Positions 48,629 through 57,237 of a DNA stretch of 64,000 nt are shown piece by piece. Under the pieces are notes generated by a model. That model worked only from the letters and a program-made list of their open reading frames with translations. It was not told the origin of the DNA and searched no databases. This DNA comes from an uncultured Acetobacteraceae bacterium. Lineage in GTDB: Bacteria > Acidobacteriota > Terriglobia > Terriglobales > Acidobacteriaceae. The first letter of the stretch is position 1; the number at the start of each line of letters is the position of its first letter. The translations under genes and the position numbers were made by a program. The stretch covers positions 13,790-77,789 of the forward strand of contig CAZZYN010000006.1 of assembly GCA_964658265.1 (NCBI GenBank), in the 5' to 3' direction.

Positions 48629-49444
48629 TCAGTTTGCGTTGCTGGCAGCATGCTGCGGCAGCGCTATCTCTTCGAAGCGGGCGGAAAGCTGGCGCAGGCG
48701 CCCGGCAATGTCGCTGCCCGCAAGAGGCTGACCATGACCGGGTGCAAGCGTATCCGGCTCAAGCGCGGCGAGGGCGTCGACGGAGTGTTTCGCGGCTGTC
48801 CAGTCTGGCGTGTAGTAGGCCGGCGGTCCGTGTAGTTCCGGTGTCTGTTTTGCTATCGCCATCAGCGATTCGGACTTGACGGTACAGAATGCATCCCCCA
48901 CCAGCAAAACGCGATCCGACTCGCGGAAAAAGGACACGTGCCCGACTGTATGGCCCGGCGTGTGGATTAGCTTCCAGCCCGGCATGGTTGGAAGAGCGCC
49001 GTCTGTAGAAAATGTCCTGAGCCGCGTGCCCAGGTCCATGGGACCCTTCGGGTAGAGCGGCGAGAGTGTCGCCATCACGCCTCCGCCCACTGAAGGATCT
49101 GGCGGCGGATAGTGTTGGCGGCCATCGAGGAACGGCGCTTCCAGTGAGTGCGCGAAGATCGGCACGTTCCAGTGATCGGCCAGTTCTTTCGCCGAGCCGG
49201 CGTGATCGAAGTGGCCGTGGGTCAGAACGATGGAAGCAGGCGCATTGCCGAAGGTCTCCTCCGCCCACTTGCGGATGCGGGAAGCCGCCATTGGGATACC
49301 GGTATCAATGAGGGTCCAGGAACCATCGTTGTTCGAGATTCCGAAGACGTTCACGAACAGGATGCGCAGGCCGGCCACCCCCGGCGCGATCTCATTCAAC
49401 GGCACCACATCTTCTTCAGCTATCGGCAAACCATGTTCGTTCAT
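48629..49444 (-). CDS. MBL-fold metallo-hydrolase
   Basis: LTHGHFDHAG metal-binding motif plus later HTPGHT and PGHG. GGAGGA lies upstream of ATG 49444. Confidence 0.85.
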   Translation of the reverse strand: MNEHGLPIAEEDVVPLNEIAPGVAGLRILFVNVFGISNNDGSWTLIDTGIPMAASRIRKWAEETFGNAPASIVLTHGHFDHAGSAKELADHWNVPIFAHSLEAPFLDGRQHYPPPDPSVGGGVMATLSPLYPKGPMDLGTRLRTFSTDGALPTMPGWKLIHTPGHTVGHVSFFRESDRVLLVGDAFCTVKSESLMAIAKQTPELHGPPAYYTPDWTAAKHSVDALAALEPDTLAPGHGQPLAGSDIAGRLRQLSARFEEIALPQHAASNAN

Positions 49445-49488
49445 CCCATCCTCCTGCTGTCTGGGATGCACGCGCATCCGGCGCGGTC

Positions 49489-51786
49489 TTACGGGAGCAG
49501 CCCGAAGACCGCTACTCCATTTGGTGTGCCGACATAGACGTTGCCATTTGCCACGACCGGCGTCAGGAACTTGTTACCCAGGCCAAAGCTGCTGCTGCCG
49601 CCGCCCGGCAGAGGCTGGTTGGTGTTGTAAAGCTCGTCCGCCAAGTTGTTAGCGTCGTAGGCATGCAGCACAGCAGGCGCGCCCGGACCGCTTTCGAGGG
49701 CCCAGACGATACCGCCAGTCGTGCCGTTTGCAGACACTGTCGGGGTCGCGCCCGGATACTGGAAGGTGACAGCGGAACGACTGGACGGTGTGGCTGCCAA
49801 GCGCGCCTGGCTGATCGGGAATGCCTTCAATACATCGCCCTGGCCGCCGTAGTAGACGGTGTTGTTGAAGTAGGCGGGGCTTGACCATGCGCCATTGACC
49901 AGCGCACCCGGAATCTCCTGGTAGAGGTTGCTGTTGTCCTGGGTCGCTGCGTTGAACCGCCCCAGTTTGTCGCGGTCACCGACATAGATGTTCATATCTT
50001 TGCCGGCGCCGACCAGCAGGTGCCGCGTCGTGCCGCTGGCGTCCACCATGTCCGGCAGCAGCATCACACCGCCGGAGCCCAGGTCTGCATCCGCAGCCGA
50101 CTCGCTGACCGTGTTGTAGGGCTCAAAGAAGTCAGTGACGGCAAGCGTACTGGTCGTGCCGAGCTTCACGATGGCATTGCCGTAGTCGCCGTCGGAGGGG
50201 AAGCCGGCTGCATTGATGGTGTCCTGGAACGATCCATTCGCGTCCAGGAAGTACAGATTATTCGAGCTATCCGCGGCCAGGCCGTTGCCGGACATCCAGA
50301 TCGAGCCTTCGCTGCCGTTCGGCGTGAGATTCAGGACCTGGGTCTGCTTTAACGTGGCTTCGCTGAAGCCCATCACCCAGCCGGTGTACGGGCGAATGTC
50401 GCAGTGCGAGGTCCAGGCGGTGTAGATGGTGCCATTCACCAGCGTGAGTGCAGCGCGCTCAGCATATTGCGCAGGATCAAAGATCACCATCCCGCCGCTG
50501 CTGTTGTCGCCGGTACCAGGATACGTTGCGGTGATCTCGGTTGGACTTCCAGCCTGCTCGGCGCCAGTTGCCAGGTCGAGCGCATGCAGCCGCTGATGAT
50601 AATGGTTGGCCGCGTCCAGACTCATGCTTACAGCGAAGATCGTCCCGTTCGGACCAGCCTTGCGGTCAATTACCGGCGTGGAGGTGATGCCGACTTCCGG
50701 TGTGATCTGACCGCAGCCATTCTTGGCCGTTGTCTCGTTCAGTCCCAGCAGCGATGTCATCCAGACCTGCGCGCCGGTCGCCGTATTGAAGGCATAGAGG
50801 CTGCCATGTTCGGAAGCGACATAAACCAGGTTGGCAATCGTTCCGCCGCCGACCGGCACCTGGGCCGCGAAGAGGGGGGCCGCGTCTACCTTGCCATCTG
50901 CTGCATAGAAGCCTACTTTGCCGAAAGTGGCGGCGGTGACCTTCGCGGGCGTCAGAATCGACTCCTGCGCGTTCAGGCCATCGCGTGCATTGTCATAGTG
51001 ATAGGTCACGACGTCGGCGACCGCAGCAGCCTGGATATTCAACGTGACCGACGCGCTGCCGGTAAGTGCGGGTGTCGCGCCGGCATCGGCTGCATTGATG
51101 CTGACAGCAGAAGAGCCGGCCGCTGCGCTGTAGCCCGCAGCAAAAGTGATGTTCTGCGGCACGCCAGGCGCCAGCTTGAGGGATGCCGGGCTAGCAGTGA
51201 CGCCGGCAGGCAAAGGTCCGAGAGTGACGGTTACAGGATCGGTAAACCCGTTGAGGGCATTCTCGGTGATCGCGACTTGCGCGCCGGCTGGATTGCCAAT
51301 CGTCAGCGTCTGCGCTGCCGGGGCTGCCGAGATGGTAAAGCCCGGAGCGGCCTTCACTGCCACCGCGAAGGTCGCCGTATGCGTGAGCGATCCGGCGGCG
51401 CCGGTTGCCGTGATAGTTGCATTCGCGGCGGCAGCACTGGCAGCGGCGCCGAGTGTAACGCTCTGGCTACTGCCGGGCGCCACGCTGAAGCTGGCGGGAG
51501 TTGCGGTCACCCCGGCCGGAAGTCCTGTGAGGCTTACGGCGACAGCTGTTGTGAAGTTTCCGACGGCCGTAGCCGCGACCGACACGGTCTGCGTGGCGGC
51601 GCCCGCCGTCAGGCTGGCCGTTGCCGGCGAGACAGCCAGGGAAAAGTCAGCCGTTGCTGCAGGTGTGGTGGTGGTCTTGGGAGCAGTCGTCGAGCTACTG
51701 CTGCAGCCCTGCAACAGGCAGATCAGCATGGCAGACACAGGCAGTATCGGATTCAGGAAAGATTTCAAAGTGGCCCCCCGCCGCAC
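49489..51786 (-). CDS. Lipoprotein with two tandem Ig-like modules and a PQQ-like (BamB-like) beta-propeller
   Basis: Lipobox LLQGC. The repeated module signature is LPAGVTA(T/S)PAS..(V/L)APG...Q..T. The C-terminal region has repeated ...LYA(F/L)(N/D)..TG...W blades. Confidence 0.75.
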   Translation of the reverse strand: MRRGATLKSFLNPILPVSAMLICLLQGCSSSSTTAPKTTTTPAATADFSLAVSPATASLTAGAATQTVSVAATAVGNFTTAVAVSLTGLPAGVTATPASFSVAPGSSQSVTLGAAASAAAANATITATGAAGSLTHTATFAVAVKAAPGFTISAAPAAQTLTIGNPAGAQVAITENALNGFTDPVTVTLGPLPAGVTASPASLKLAPGVPQNITFAAGYSAAAGSSAVSINAADAGATPALTGSASVTLNIQAAAVADVVTYHYDNARDGLNAQESILTPAKVTAATFGKVGFYAADGKVDAAPLFAAQVPVGGGTIANLVYVASEHGSLYAFNTATGAQVWMTSLLGLNETTAKNGCGQITPEVGITSTPVIDRKAGPNGTIFAVSMSLDAANHYHQRLHALDLATGAEQAGSPTEITATYPGTGDNSSGGMVIFDPAQYAERAALTLVNGTIYTAWTSHCDIRPYTGWVMGFSEATLKQTQVLNLTPNGSEGSIWMSGNGLAADSSNNLYFLDANGSFQDTINAAGFPSDGDYGNAIVKLGTTSTLAVTDFFEPYNTVSESAADADLGSGGVMLLPDMVDASGTTRHLLVGAGKDMNIYVGDRDKLGRFNAATQDNSNLYQEIPGALVNGAWSSPAYFNNTVYYGGQGDVLKAFPISQARLAATPSSRSAVTFQYPGATPTVSANGTTGGIVWALESGPGAPAVLHAYDANNLADELYNTNQPLPGGGSSSFGLGNKFLTPVVANGNVYVGTPNGVAVFGLLP
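51031..51648 (-). repeat. Two tandem ~100-aa Ig-like coding repeats inside the propeller lipoprotein
   Basis: Residues ~47-144 and ~148-252 share GLPAGVTATPASFSVAPGSSQSVTL versus PLPAGVTASPASLKLAPGVPQNITF and a similar Ala/Thr-rich beta pattern. Confidence 0.6.
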
Positions 51787-51959
51787 GGGCCGGTAGAAGA
51801 CGGGGCCCGGGATTCACTGCCTGATGGTGTCGTCCTGGTAGACAGGCAGTACTACCCCAACAGTAATGCCTTTGCTATGCGAGAGGGAAAGGGAAGCAAC
51901 AACCGTTCGTAACAATCAACTTGACGCTATAAAAGCAGGGACGTTACGAAAGGACGAGA

Positions 51960-52913
51960 TTACTGTGCAGCCGGCAGCAGGGCATCCGCAATTGCCTGCG
52001 AGTTGATGGCCACCCCCGCGGTGCTGAGGTGCTGCGCATCAACAAAGGCAGAGTCATCCAGCAGCAACGGGGCAGGCAGGCCTAGGAATGCTGTGCCGAC
52101 CTTGTAATCGTTCAGATGTTCGTCACAGTGACGGACCGGAGACGGCCATATCAGCACCCTGGTCCCATGCCGTGCGTAGGCCTGGTAGCTGGCAACGTAA
52201 CTGCGGCTGAAGGTGACGTCGTGGAACTGGTAGAAGCAATCGGTATTGCCGCCGGGATGCTGGCTTGCGTAGAAGCCGTTCGTCGCCTGCAGGGCTGCCG
52301 TATCCCGCTTGAACGTACCCTCCGATAGGTCCGGACTGGTGCTGGGTGTAAAGCCGATGAGCTGCCGCCAGAGCTGCGCTGCGAAGTAGAAGCTGTCTTT
52401 CGGGTGTCTCAGGAAAAGGCGTACGGCCTGGAGTGGCGGCAGTTTGCGGTCTGCGATCAGGAAGCCGTCGATGATGCCCGCATCGTCGTCGATTGCCGGG
52501 GGCCGCAGATGCGCTGCCAGCAGCTCGATGACGATGAAGCGAGGCGGCCTGTGCGTGGCCAGGTAATGATCCAGTGCCAGGTTGCCGGTAGTTGCCAGGC
52601 CCAGGTAGGTGAGTCCGAAGTTGCAGGTTTTCAGGCCGGTGCGTGCTTCGATCAAGCGCGGATCAGCACCCAGCAGGGCAGTCGAATCGCCAAAAATGAC
52701 GATGTCGCACTGCTCGGGACGATCGGCAAACTGGTATTCCATGGCGTGCCAGAAATCGCGTTTGGAAGTGCGGATGAACCAGTCCGTACGCGCCAGCGGG
52801 AAGACTGCCAGGAAGGCCAAGAGCGGCACCAGCACAAGCAGCAGCAGGTAGACGGACGGCCTTCCCGCCGGACGGCCGACGACAGCCGAGCGCTGTTCCG
52901 GACCAGGGTTCAT
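51960..52913 (-). CDS. Membrane-anchored GDS-motif protein, SGNH/DltD-like (putative acyl-transfer partner)
   Basis: Single N-terminal helix (VYLLLLVLVPLLAFLAVF), then CDIVIFGDSTALLG, which is SGNH block I-like. The start at ATG 52913 lies 4 nt after the carrier-protein stop. Confidence 0.5.
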   Translation of the reverse strand: MNPGPEQRSAVVGRPAGRPSVYLLLLVLVPLLAFLAVFPLARTDWFIRTSKRDFWHAMEYQFADRPEQCDIVIFGDSTALLGADPRLIEARTGLKTCNFGLTYLGLATTGNLALDHYLATHRPPRFIVIELLAAHLRPPAIDDDAGIIDGFLIADRKLPPLQAVRLFLRHPKDSFYFAAQLWRQLIGFTPSTSPDLSEGTFKRDTAALQATNGFYASQHPGGNTDCFYQFHDVTFSRSYVASYQAYARHGTRVLIWPSPVRHCDEHLNDYKVGTAFLGLPAPLLLDDSAFVDAQHLSTAGVAINSQAIADALLPAAQ

Positions 52914-52917
52914 GCGG

Positions 52918-53172
52918 CTAGGCGCCGCGAGCCGCGAGCTTCTTCTCAATAATGTCGACGAAGTGGCCGACGTTCTTCATGGACTCGATCTCGGCGGTCT
53001 GGAATTTGATTTTGAACTTCGCCTCTGTCGCCACGATGAGATTGATGTGATTAAAGGAATCCCACTCGTCGATATCAGCGGCTGTTGTCTCTGGCTTCAG
53101 GACGATGGCCTCATCATCAAAGATGTCGCGAAAGATGTCGGTCAGACGGCTATAAATCTCGGCTTGCTGCAT
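52918..53172 (-). CDS. Acyl/peptidyl carrier protein
   Basis: 84 aa four-helix pattern with the phosphopantetheine site DEWDSFNHINLI. Confidence 0.8.
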   Translation of the reverse strand: MQQAEIYSRLTDIFRDIFDDEAIVLKPETTAADIDEWDSFNHINLIVATEAKFKIKFQTAEIESMKNVGHFVDIIEKKLAARGA

Positions 53173-53244
53173 GGTTCCCTTCGTCTACTTGTTTACGGGC
53201 TGGTTCGCTTAAAAACCGGCCGCATCCTGCTTTGGCGTCCGCTC

Positions 53245-55392
53245 TTAAACCGCCTGGACTGCCGCTGGTTCCTGGACAGTGACCTTCATGATGACGGGCT
53301 TTTTTTCATAGCCGGCTAGTTTCAGTGTCCACTCTATGGTCTCTGCGTCGCCCACTTCAACTCCGGATGGCCTCGATGACGTGCCCAGTGTAAAGCCAAG
53401 CCGCTCATAGAGGGTGCGGACCATCTCGTTCTTCGCGGTCGGACGGTACAGCCCGATGATCCGCATAGCGCCTAGCCGGCGAGCAGCGTCGATCATGATG
53501 TTCAGGCAGGCCTCTTCCACCTGGCGGCCGAGCACGCGGCAACTCATCAGCCACGTGTCCATGACCAGTGCATGGTCAGCCTCCACCCGTCCGATCAGGA
53601 TTGCGATGATGCCGTTATCGCCGAAACGGTCCGTCAGCCGAAACTGGTAAGCAGCCACGCCGGGATCGCTCATCATGGCGCGCACATCGGCCTCGGTGTA
53701 GCGGCGTGTCGTCAGGTTGAACTGGTTGGTTTTGTTGATCAGCTGCACGATTCTGGCCAGTCCGACTGCGTCGAAAGGGCGGACGATCAATTCCATATCC
53801 AGGCCACGCAGGTAGCCGTCGAGATCGGTGGCGGAGGTCTTCAACTGTTCACGTTCGATATTGGCGCGATATTGACCAGCGCGCTCACGATCCTCTTCGG
53901 TGACCGCCAGCGATTCGAAGTAGCCCGCGGCCGCAATGGTCGCAGCGTAGAACGAGGGGTCCTCGGGAAGTTCCGGGACCTGCACTTCCGGCAGCTCCTG
54001 CCGGACCAGGTTGCGCTCGAAGGGATTGTCGTCGGCGAAGACCAGCGAATCGAGACCGATGTTCAGTGTCTTCGCGATATGCCGCAGGTTCCCGGCCTTG
54101 TCCTGCCAGTTGGCGACGAAGCAGGCAATATCCTTCCGCTTCAACACCATGTCGGGATGCTGTTCAAAGGGCGAAAGCGCATTTGCCTCGTCGTTTTTCG
54201 AGCAGACCGCCAGGATGACGCCGCGTCGCGAAAGCTGCTGCGCATATGTTTGGAAGTCAACGAATGCTTCGCCCATTGCAGAGCCCTGGCCCAGCTGAAT
54301 ACCTTCCAGGCCATCGTCTCCGATGACTCCACCCCACAGGGTGTTATCGAGGTCGAGCACCAGGCACTTCGAGGACCGGCCACGGATGGCTGCCAGCAGC
54401 CGGCCGGCCAGGTCGCCGTACAGATGCGAGACGCGCGGATGGACTTCCTGCTTGGAACGGTGCCACAGGACCGGATCGAACCAGTGTGCCATCCCCGCCT
54501 CAGCCGCATAGCTGTCCACTGCAAGCAGGTGGGCGCCGTGCTTGTCCGCGAGCGACCGCAGGCGGCCATTGATTGTTTCCACAATCGCTGCGGGCGACTC
54601 TGGATCACGCTGCTCATTGTTGCCGAGCAGGCGCGGAAACACCGGCAGCACTGCCTGGTGAAGGACTGTCGCGTTGAAGTTGTCGCGGGCCGCATACCAG
54701 CACGTCGTGATGTTTTCGAGTGCAGCTTCCGGATTGCCTCGCGCGGACGCAGCCACATGGTGCGCGTCGAGCGCCAGCAGTACTACCTGCGGCTTGAAGG
54801 CCTTCAGGGCCTGTCCGGGCTCCAGCAGCTCCTGGCGATACTGCCCGTATTCTCCTTCGAAGACTTCAATCCACATTCCGCGCCGTAGTCCTGCGACGCG
54901 GATTGCCGGGGCCAGGTGGTGCAGCGTGGAAGAGCCCAGCAATGCCAGCCGGATAGGTGCGCCGGCTGCTGAGGGTGCCGTGGGAAAAAGCTTGCGGGTG
55001 GTTCGATCCAGTTTGCCCGTCTCGAGGAAGTCGATGCGGAAGTTCGCTGCTGCTACCAGGTGGCGCCAGCGGGAGAGTTCATCCGGCTGTTCTGTCGCTG
55101 CACGCAGATGGCTGCCCCAGTCCGCAATGGCTGGCAGCCAGGTAAATTCAGTCAAAACATCTCTCCAGAATCGGGGGTTTTCCTGCCAGCCCAATTGTAT
55201 GCACAGGAGCGCCAGGGTGGAATTCAGCTGCGGGTGGAAGAATGCGGGCGTGACTCCAAGCCTTCGAAGCTGGCAGGGATGCAGGCGGAACTTCTGCTGC
55301 CACCACGGAAAAGGGCCTCCCGGATACGGGACGCCCTCTTCATTCCTAATTTGCGCCGGCCGTTGCCGGTCACTTCCAGGAGAACCGTTCAC
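53245..55392 (-). CDS. FkbH-like HAD-superfamily (subfamily IIIC) phosphatase/acyl-loading enzyme with C-terminal GNAT-like domain
   Basis: HAD motif I LVLDLDNTLWGGVIGDDG, motif II CSKN, and motif III/IV KAGNL...FADDNP. The C-terminus has DRFGDNGIIAIL...WLMSCRVLGRQVE, typical of FkbH-family proteins. The N-terminal ~330 aa is SGNH-like (LALLGSST). The true start is uncertain. Confidence 0.85.
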   Translation of the reverse strand: MNGSPGSDRQRPAQIRNEEGVPYPGGPFPWWQQKFRLHPCQLRRLGVTPAFFHPQLNSTLALLCIQLGWQENPRFWRDVLTEFTWLPAIADWGSHLRAATEQPDELSRWRHLVAAANFRIDFLETGKLDRTTRKLFPTAPSAAGAPIRLALLGSSTLHHLAPAIRVAGLRRGMWIEVFEGEYGQYRQELLEPGQALKAFKPQVVLLALDAHHVAASARGNPEAALENITTCWYAARDNFNATVLHQAVLPVFPRLLGNNEQRDPESPAAIVETINGRLRSLADKHGAHLLAVDSYAAEAGMAHWFDPVLWHRSKQEVHPRVSHLYGDLAGRLLAAIRGRSSKCLVLDLDNTLWGGVIGDDGLEGIQLGQGSAMGEAFVDFQTYAQQLSRRGVILAVCSKNDEANALSPFEQHPDMVLKRKDIACFVANWQDKAGNLRHIAKTLNIGLDSLVFADDNPFERNLVRQELPEVQVPELPEDPSFYAATIAAAGYFESLAVTEEDRERAGQYRANIEREQLKTSATDLDGYLRGLDMELIVRPFDAVGLARIVQLINKTNQFNLTTRRYTEADVRAMMSDPGVAAYQFRLTDRFGDNGIIAILIGRVEADHALVMDTWLMSCRVLGRQVEEACLNIMIDAARRLGAMRIIGLYRPTAKNEMVRTLYERLGFTLGTSSRPSGVEVGDAETIEWTLKLAGYEKKPVIMKVTVQEPAAVQAV

Positions 55393-55739
55393 CGCAAAGT
55401 GTCACAAGGGTCTCAACATGCGGCCATGTGGACGCAAGAGCGCTCAAGCGCGGGAGCTCTCATCTTGAGGCAAGAGTCTCCCCGGGGGAGGTGCCGGACT
55501 CTTCTCTCAGGGTCCCGGTGGACCGGGTGGCCTGGAAGAGCGATCCGGATTTAGTGATGTGCTTGTTTGCTGTAGTGACTGTTACATACGGAGTCGCGGA
55601 TAACAAGATTCAAGCCATCACACGAACGTGGTACCAGTGCGGATTCGGGAAAGCCGCTTCTGTTTCGGGATCATGGCGCTCGACGTATCGTGCTCCGCAT
55701 TCGCCGCAAAGGCGCCCGGGGCAACCCGGACCGGTCGCA

Positions 55740-55768
55740 TTGACACCAAGCATAAGAGCAGTTAGGTT
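55740..55768 (+). promoter_or_regulatory. Candidate sigma70-type promoter of the his operon
   Basis: TTGACA (55740-55745), 17 nt, TAGGTT (55763-55768). The predicted start site would fall within a few nt of the leader ATG at 55777. Assigned by eye only. Confidence 0.25.
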
Positions 55769-55776
55769 GATTGCAG

Positions 55777-55854
55777 ATGCGAGTTCGCTTCCACCATCGC
55801 CATGACCATCATCATCATGCGCACAGCGTGTGGGCGGACTCTTCCCGGACATAA
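55777..55854 (+). CDS. hisL: Histidine-operon leader peptide (25 aa, MRVRFHHRHDHHHHAHSVWADSSRT)
   Basis: Hand-translated and shorter than the ORF-track cutoff. There are 8 His codons within codons 6-16, including a run of four. The stop TAA is at 55852-55854. It is followed by an intrinsic terminator and then hisI. Confidence 0.7.
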   Translation: MRVRFHHRHDHHHHAHSVWADSSRT

Positions 55855-55885
55855 GGCATAAGCACTTAAGACCGTGAAAGATTAG

Positions 55886-55921
55886 AAAGGCCCGCCAGCG
55901 GATAACGCAGCGGGCCTTTTT
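55886..55921 (+). terminator. Intrinsic terminator (attenuator) between the leader peptide and hisI
   Basis: AAAGGCCCGC (55886-55895) pairs with GCGGGCCTTT (55910-55919), with an inner GCG/CGC extension and a GATAA loop. It ends in TTTTT (55917-55921), 39 nt before the hisI ATG. There is no upstream + strand gene for it to terminate other than the leader. Confidence 0.75.
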
Positions 55922-55960
55922 ACTTAAGGCCACGTAGCAGCGAATGAACAGGAGAACGAG

Positions 55961-56335
55961 ATGGCTCTGCAAACAGAACGCGAGGTCACGATTGACTTTG
56001 CCAAGATGGACGGCCTGGCGCCTGCCGTCGTACAGGATGCTGAGACCGGCCAGGTATTGATGGTAGGTTTCGTCAACGAGGTAAGCTACGCCCGGACTCT
56101 TGAATCCGGATACGTGACGTTCTGGAGCCGCACCCGCGGCAAGCTCTGGATGAAGGGTGAGACCAGCGGCAACCGCCTGCGCATCCTGGAGGCTTCTACA
56201 GACTGTGACAACGACACACTGCTGTTTCGTGTGCAGGTCGAAGGCGACGGCCTGGTCTGCCATGAAGGCACCAAGGGCTGCTTCACGAAACAGATCACCA
56301 TGCCCACTGCAGACAGCCTCGCGGAGGCCAAGTGA
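55961..56335 (+). CDS. hisI: Phosphoribosyl-AMP cyclohydrolase (monofunctional HisI, no HisE domain)
   Basis: [38 protein letters not shown] and CDNDTLL...CH motifs. 124 aa. AGGAG SD. Confidence 0.9.
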   Translation: MALQTEREVTIDFAKMDGLAPAVVQDAETGQVLMVGFVNEVSYARTLESGYVTFWSRTRGKLWMKGETSGNRLRILEASTDCDNDTLLFRVQVEGDGLVCHEGTKGCFTKQITMPTADSLAEAK

Positions 56336-57213
56336 TGGCAGCGGGAAAGCTTAGACTTGGCATTCCGAAAGGCAGTCTGCAGGATGCGACGATCGCCCTG
56401 TTCGAGCGCGCAGGGTGGCGGATTTATGCGAACGGCCGCTCGTACTTCCCGGCCATTGATGACCAGGAGATCGAGTGCATGCTGATCCGCGCCCAGGAGA
56501 TGGCCCGCTACGTGGACAAGGGCGTACTGGACGCCGGGCTGACCGGCGTTGACTGGGTCGTAGAAAGCGGACGGAAGGTCACCAGCGTCACCAGCCTCAC
56601 CTACTCAAAGCAAAGCCGGACCAAGGTGCGCTGGGTGCTGGCGGTGCCGGAAGACTCCCGATATCAACGCGCCGAGGATCTGGCGAATACCACCATTGCG
56701 ACCGAACTGGTGGAAGTGACAAAGCGCTATTTTGCGGAGAAAAATGTCCCCGTCAAAGTGGAATTTAGCTGGGGCGCGACGGAGGTCAAGCCTCCGATGC
56801 TGGCGGATGCCATCGTCGAGGTCACCGAGACCGGCTCATCGCTGAAGGCGAACCGACTCCGTATCATCGACACAGTCATGGAAAGCGAGACGCACCTGAT
56901 CGCCAATCCTGCTGCCTATGCCGATCCGTGGAAGCAAAAGAAAATCGATAACCTGGCGCTGATGCTCAAAGGTGCGATGGCCGCGCAGGGCCAGGTCGGA
57001 TTGATGCTGAACGTGGAGAAGATTCATCTCGCGGCCATTCTGTCTGTGCTGCCAGCGCTCAATTCCCCCACCATCAGTGAGCTCAGTACTGCCGGGTGGG
57101 TGGCGCTGAATACCATCCTTGAAGAAAGCGTGGTGCGCGACGTGGTGCCGAAGCTGAAGGCGGCAGGGGGTACCGGCATCGTCGAATACCCGTTGAATAA
57201 GGTCGTACTGTAA
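56335..57213 (+). CDS. hisG: ATP phosphoribosyltransferase, long form
   Basis: [19 protein letters not shown] and the [17 protein letters not shown]-loop context. Its ~293 aa length implies the C-terminal regulatory domain. The start overlaps the hisI stop (TGATG). Confidence 0.9.
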   Translation: MAAGKLRLGIPKGSLQDATIALFERAGWRIYANGRSYFPAIDDQEIECMLIRAQEMARYVDKGVLDAGLTGVDWVVESGRKVTSVTSLTYSKQSRTKVRWVLAVPEDSRYQRAEDLANTTIATELVEVTKRYFAEKNVPVKVEFSWGATEVKPPMLADAIVEVTETGSSLKANRLRIIDTVMESETHLIANPAAYADPWKQKKIDNLALMLKGAMAAQGQVGLMLNVEKIHLAAILSVLPALNSPTISELSTAGWVALNTILEESVVRDVVPKLKAAGGTGIVEYPLNKVVL

Positions 57214-57237
57214 CGCTGCGCAGAGGAGCACGCAGAT

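Noticed and set aside
55865-55928. Two copies of ACTTAAG(A/G)CC flanking the his attenuator hairpin (55864-55873 and 55922-55931) as an additional enclosing stem
   Set aside because: CTTAAG is self-complementary, so the copies could pair. However, a 6-bp A/U-rich helix closing a loop of about 50 nt is marginal. It is noted for RNA-folding follow-up but not annotated.
55610-56263. 217-aa minus-strand ORF spanning the his leader, the terminator and the hisI 5' half
   Set aside because: It is antisense to a well-supported hisI. Its DDDGHGDGG stretch is simply the reverse complement of the His-codon run. No ribosome-binding site or family resemblance was found.
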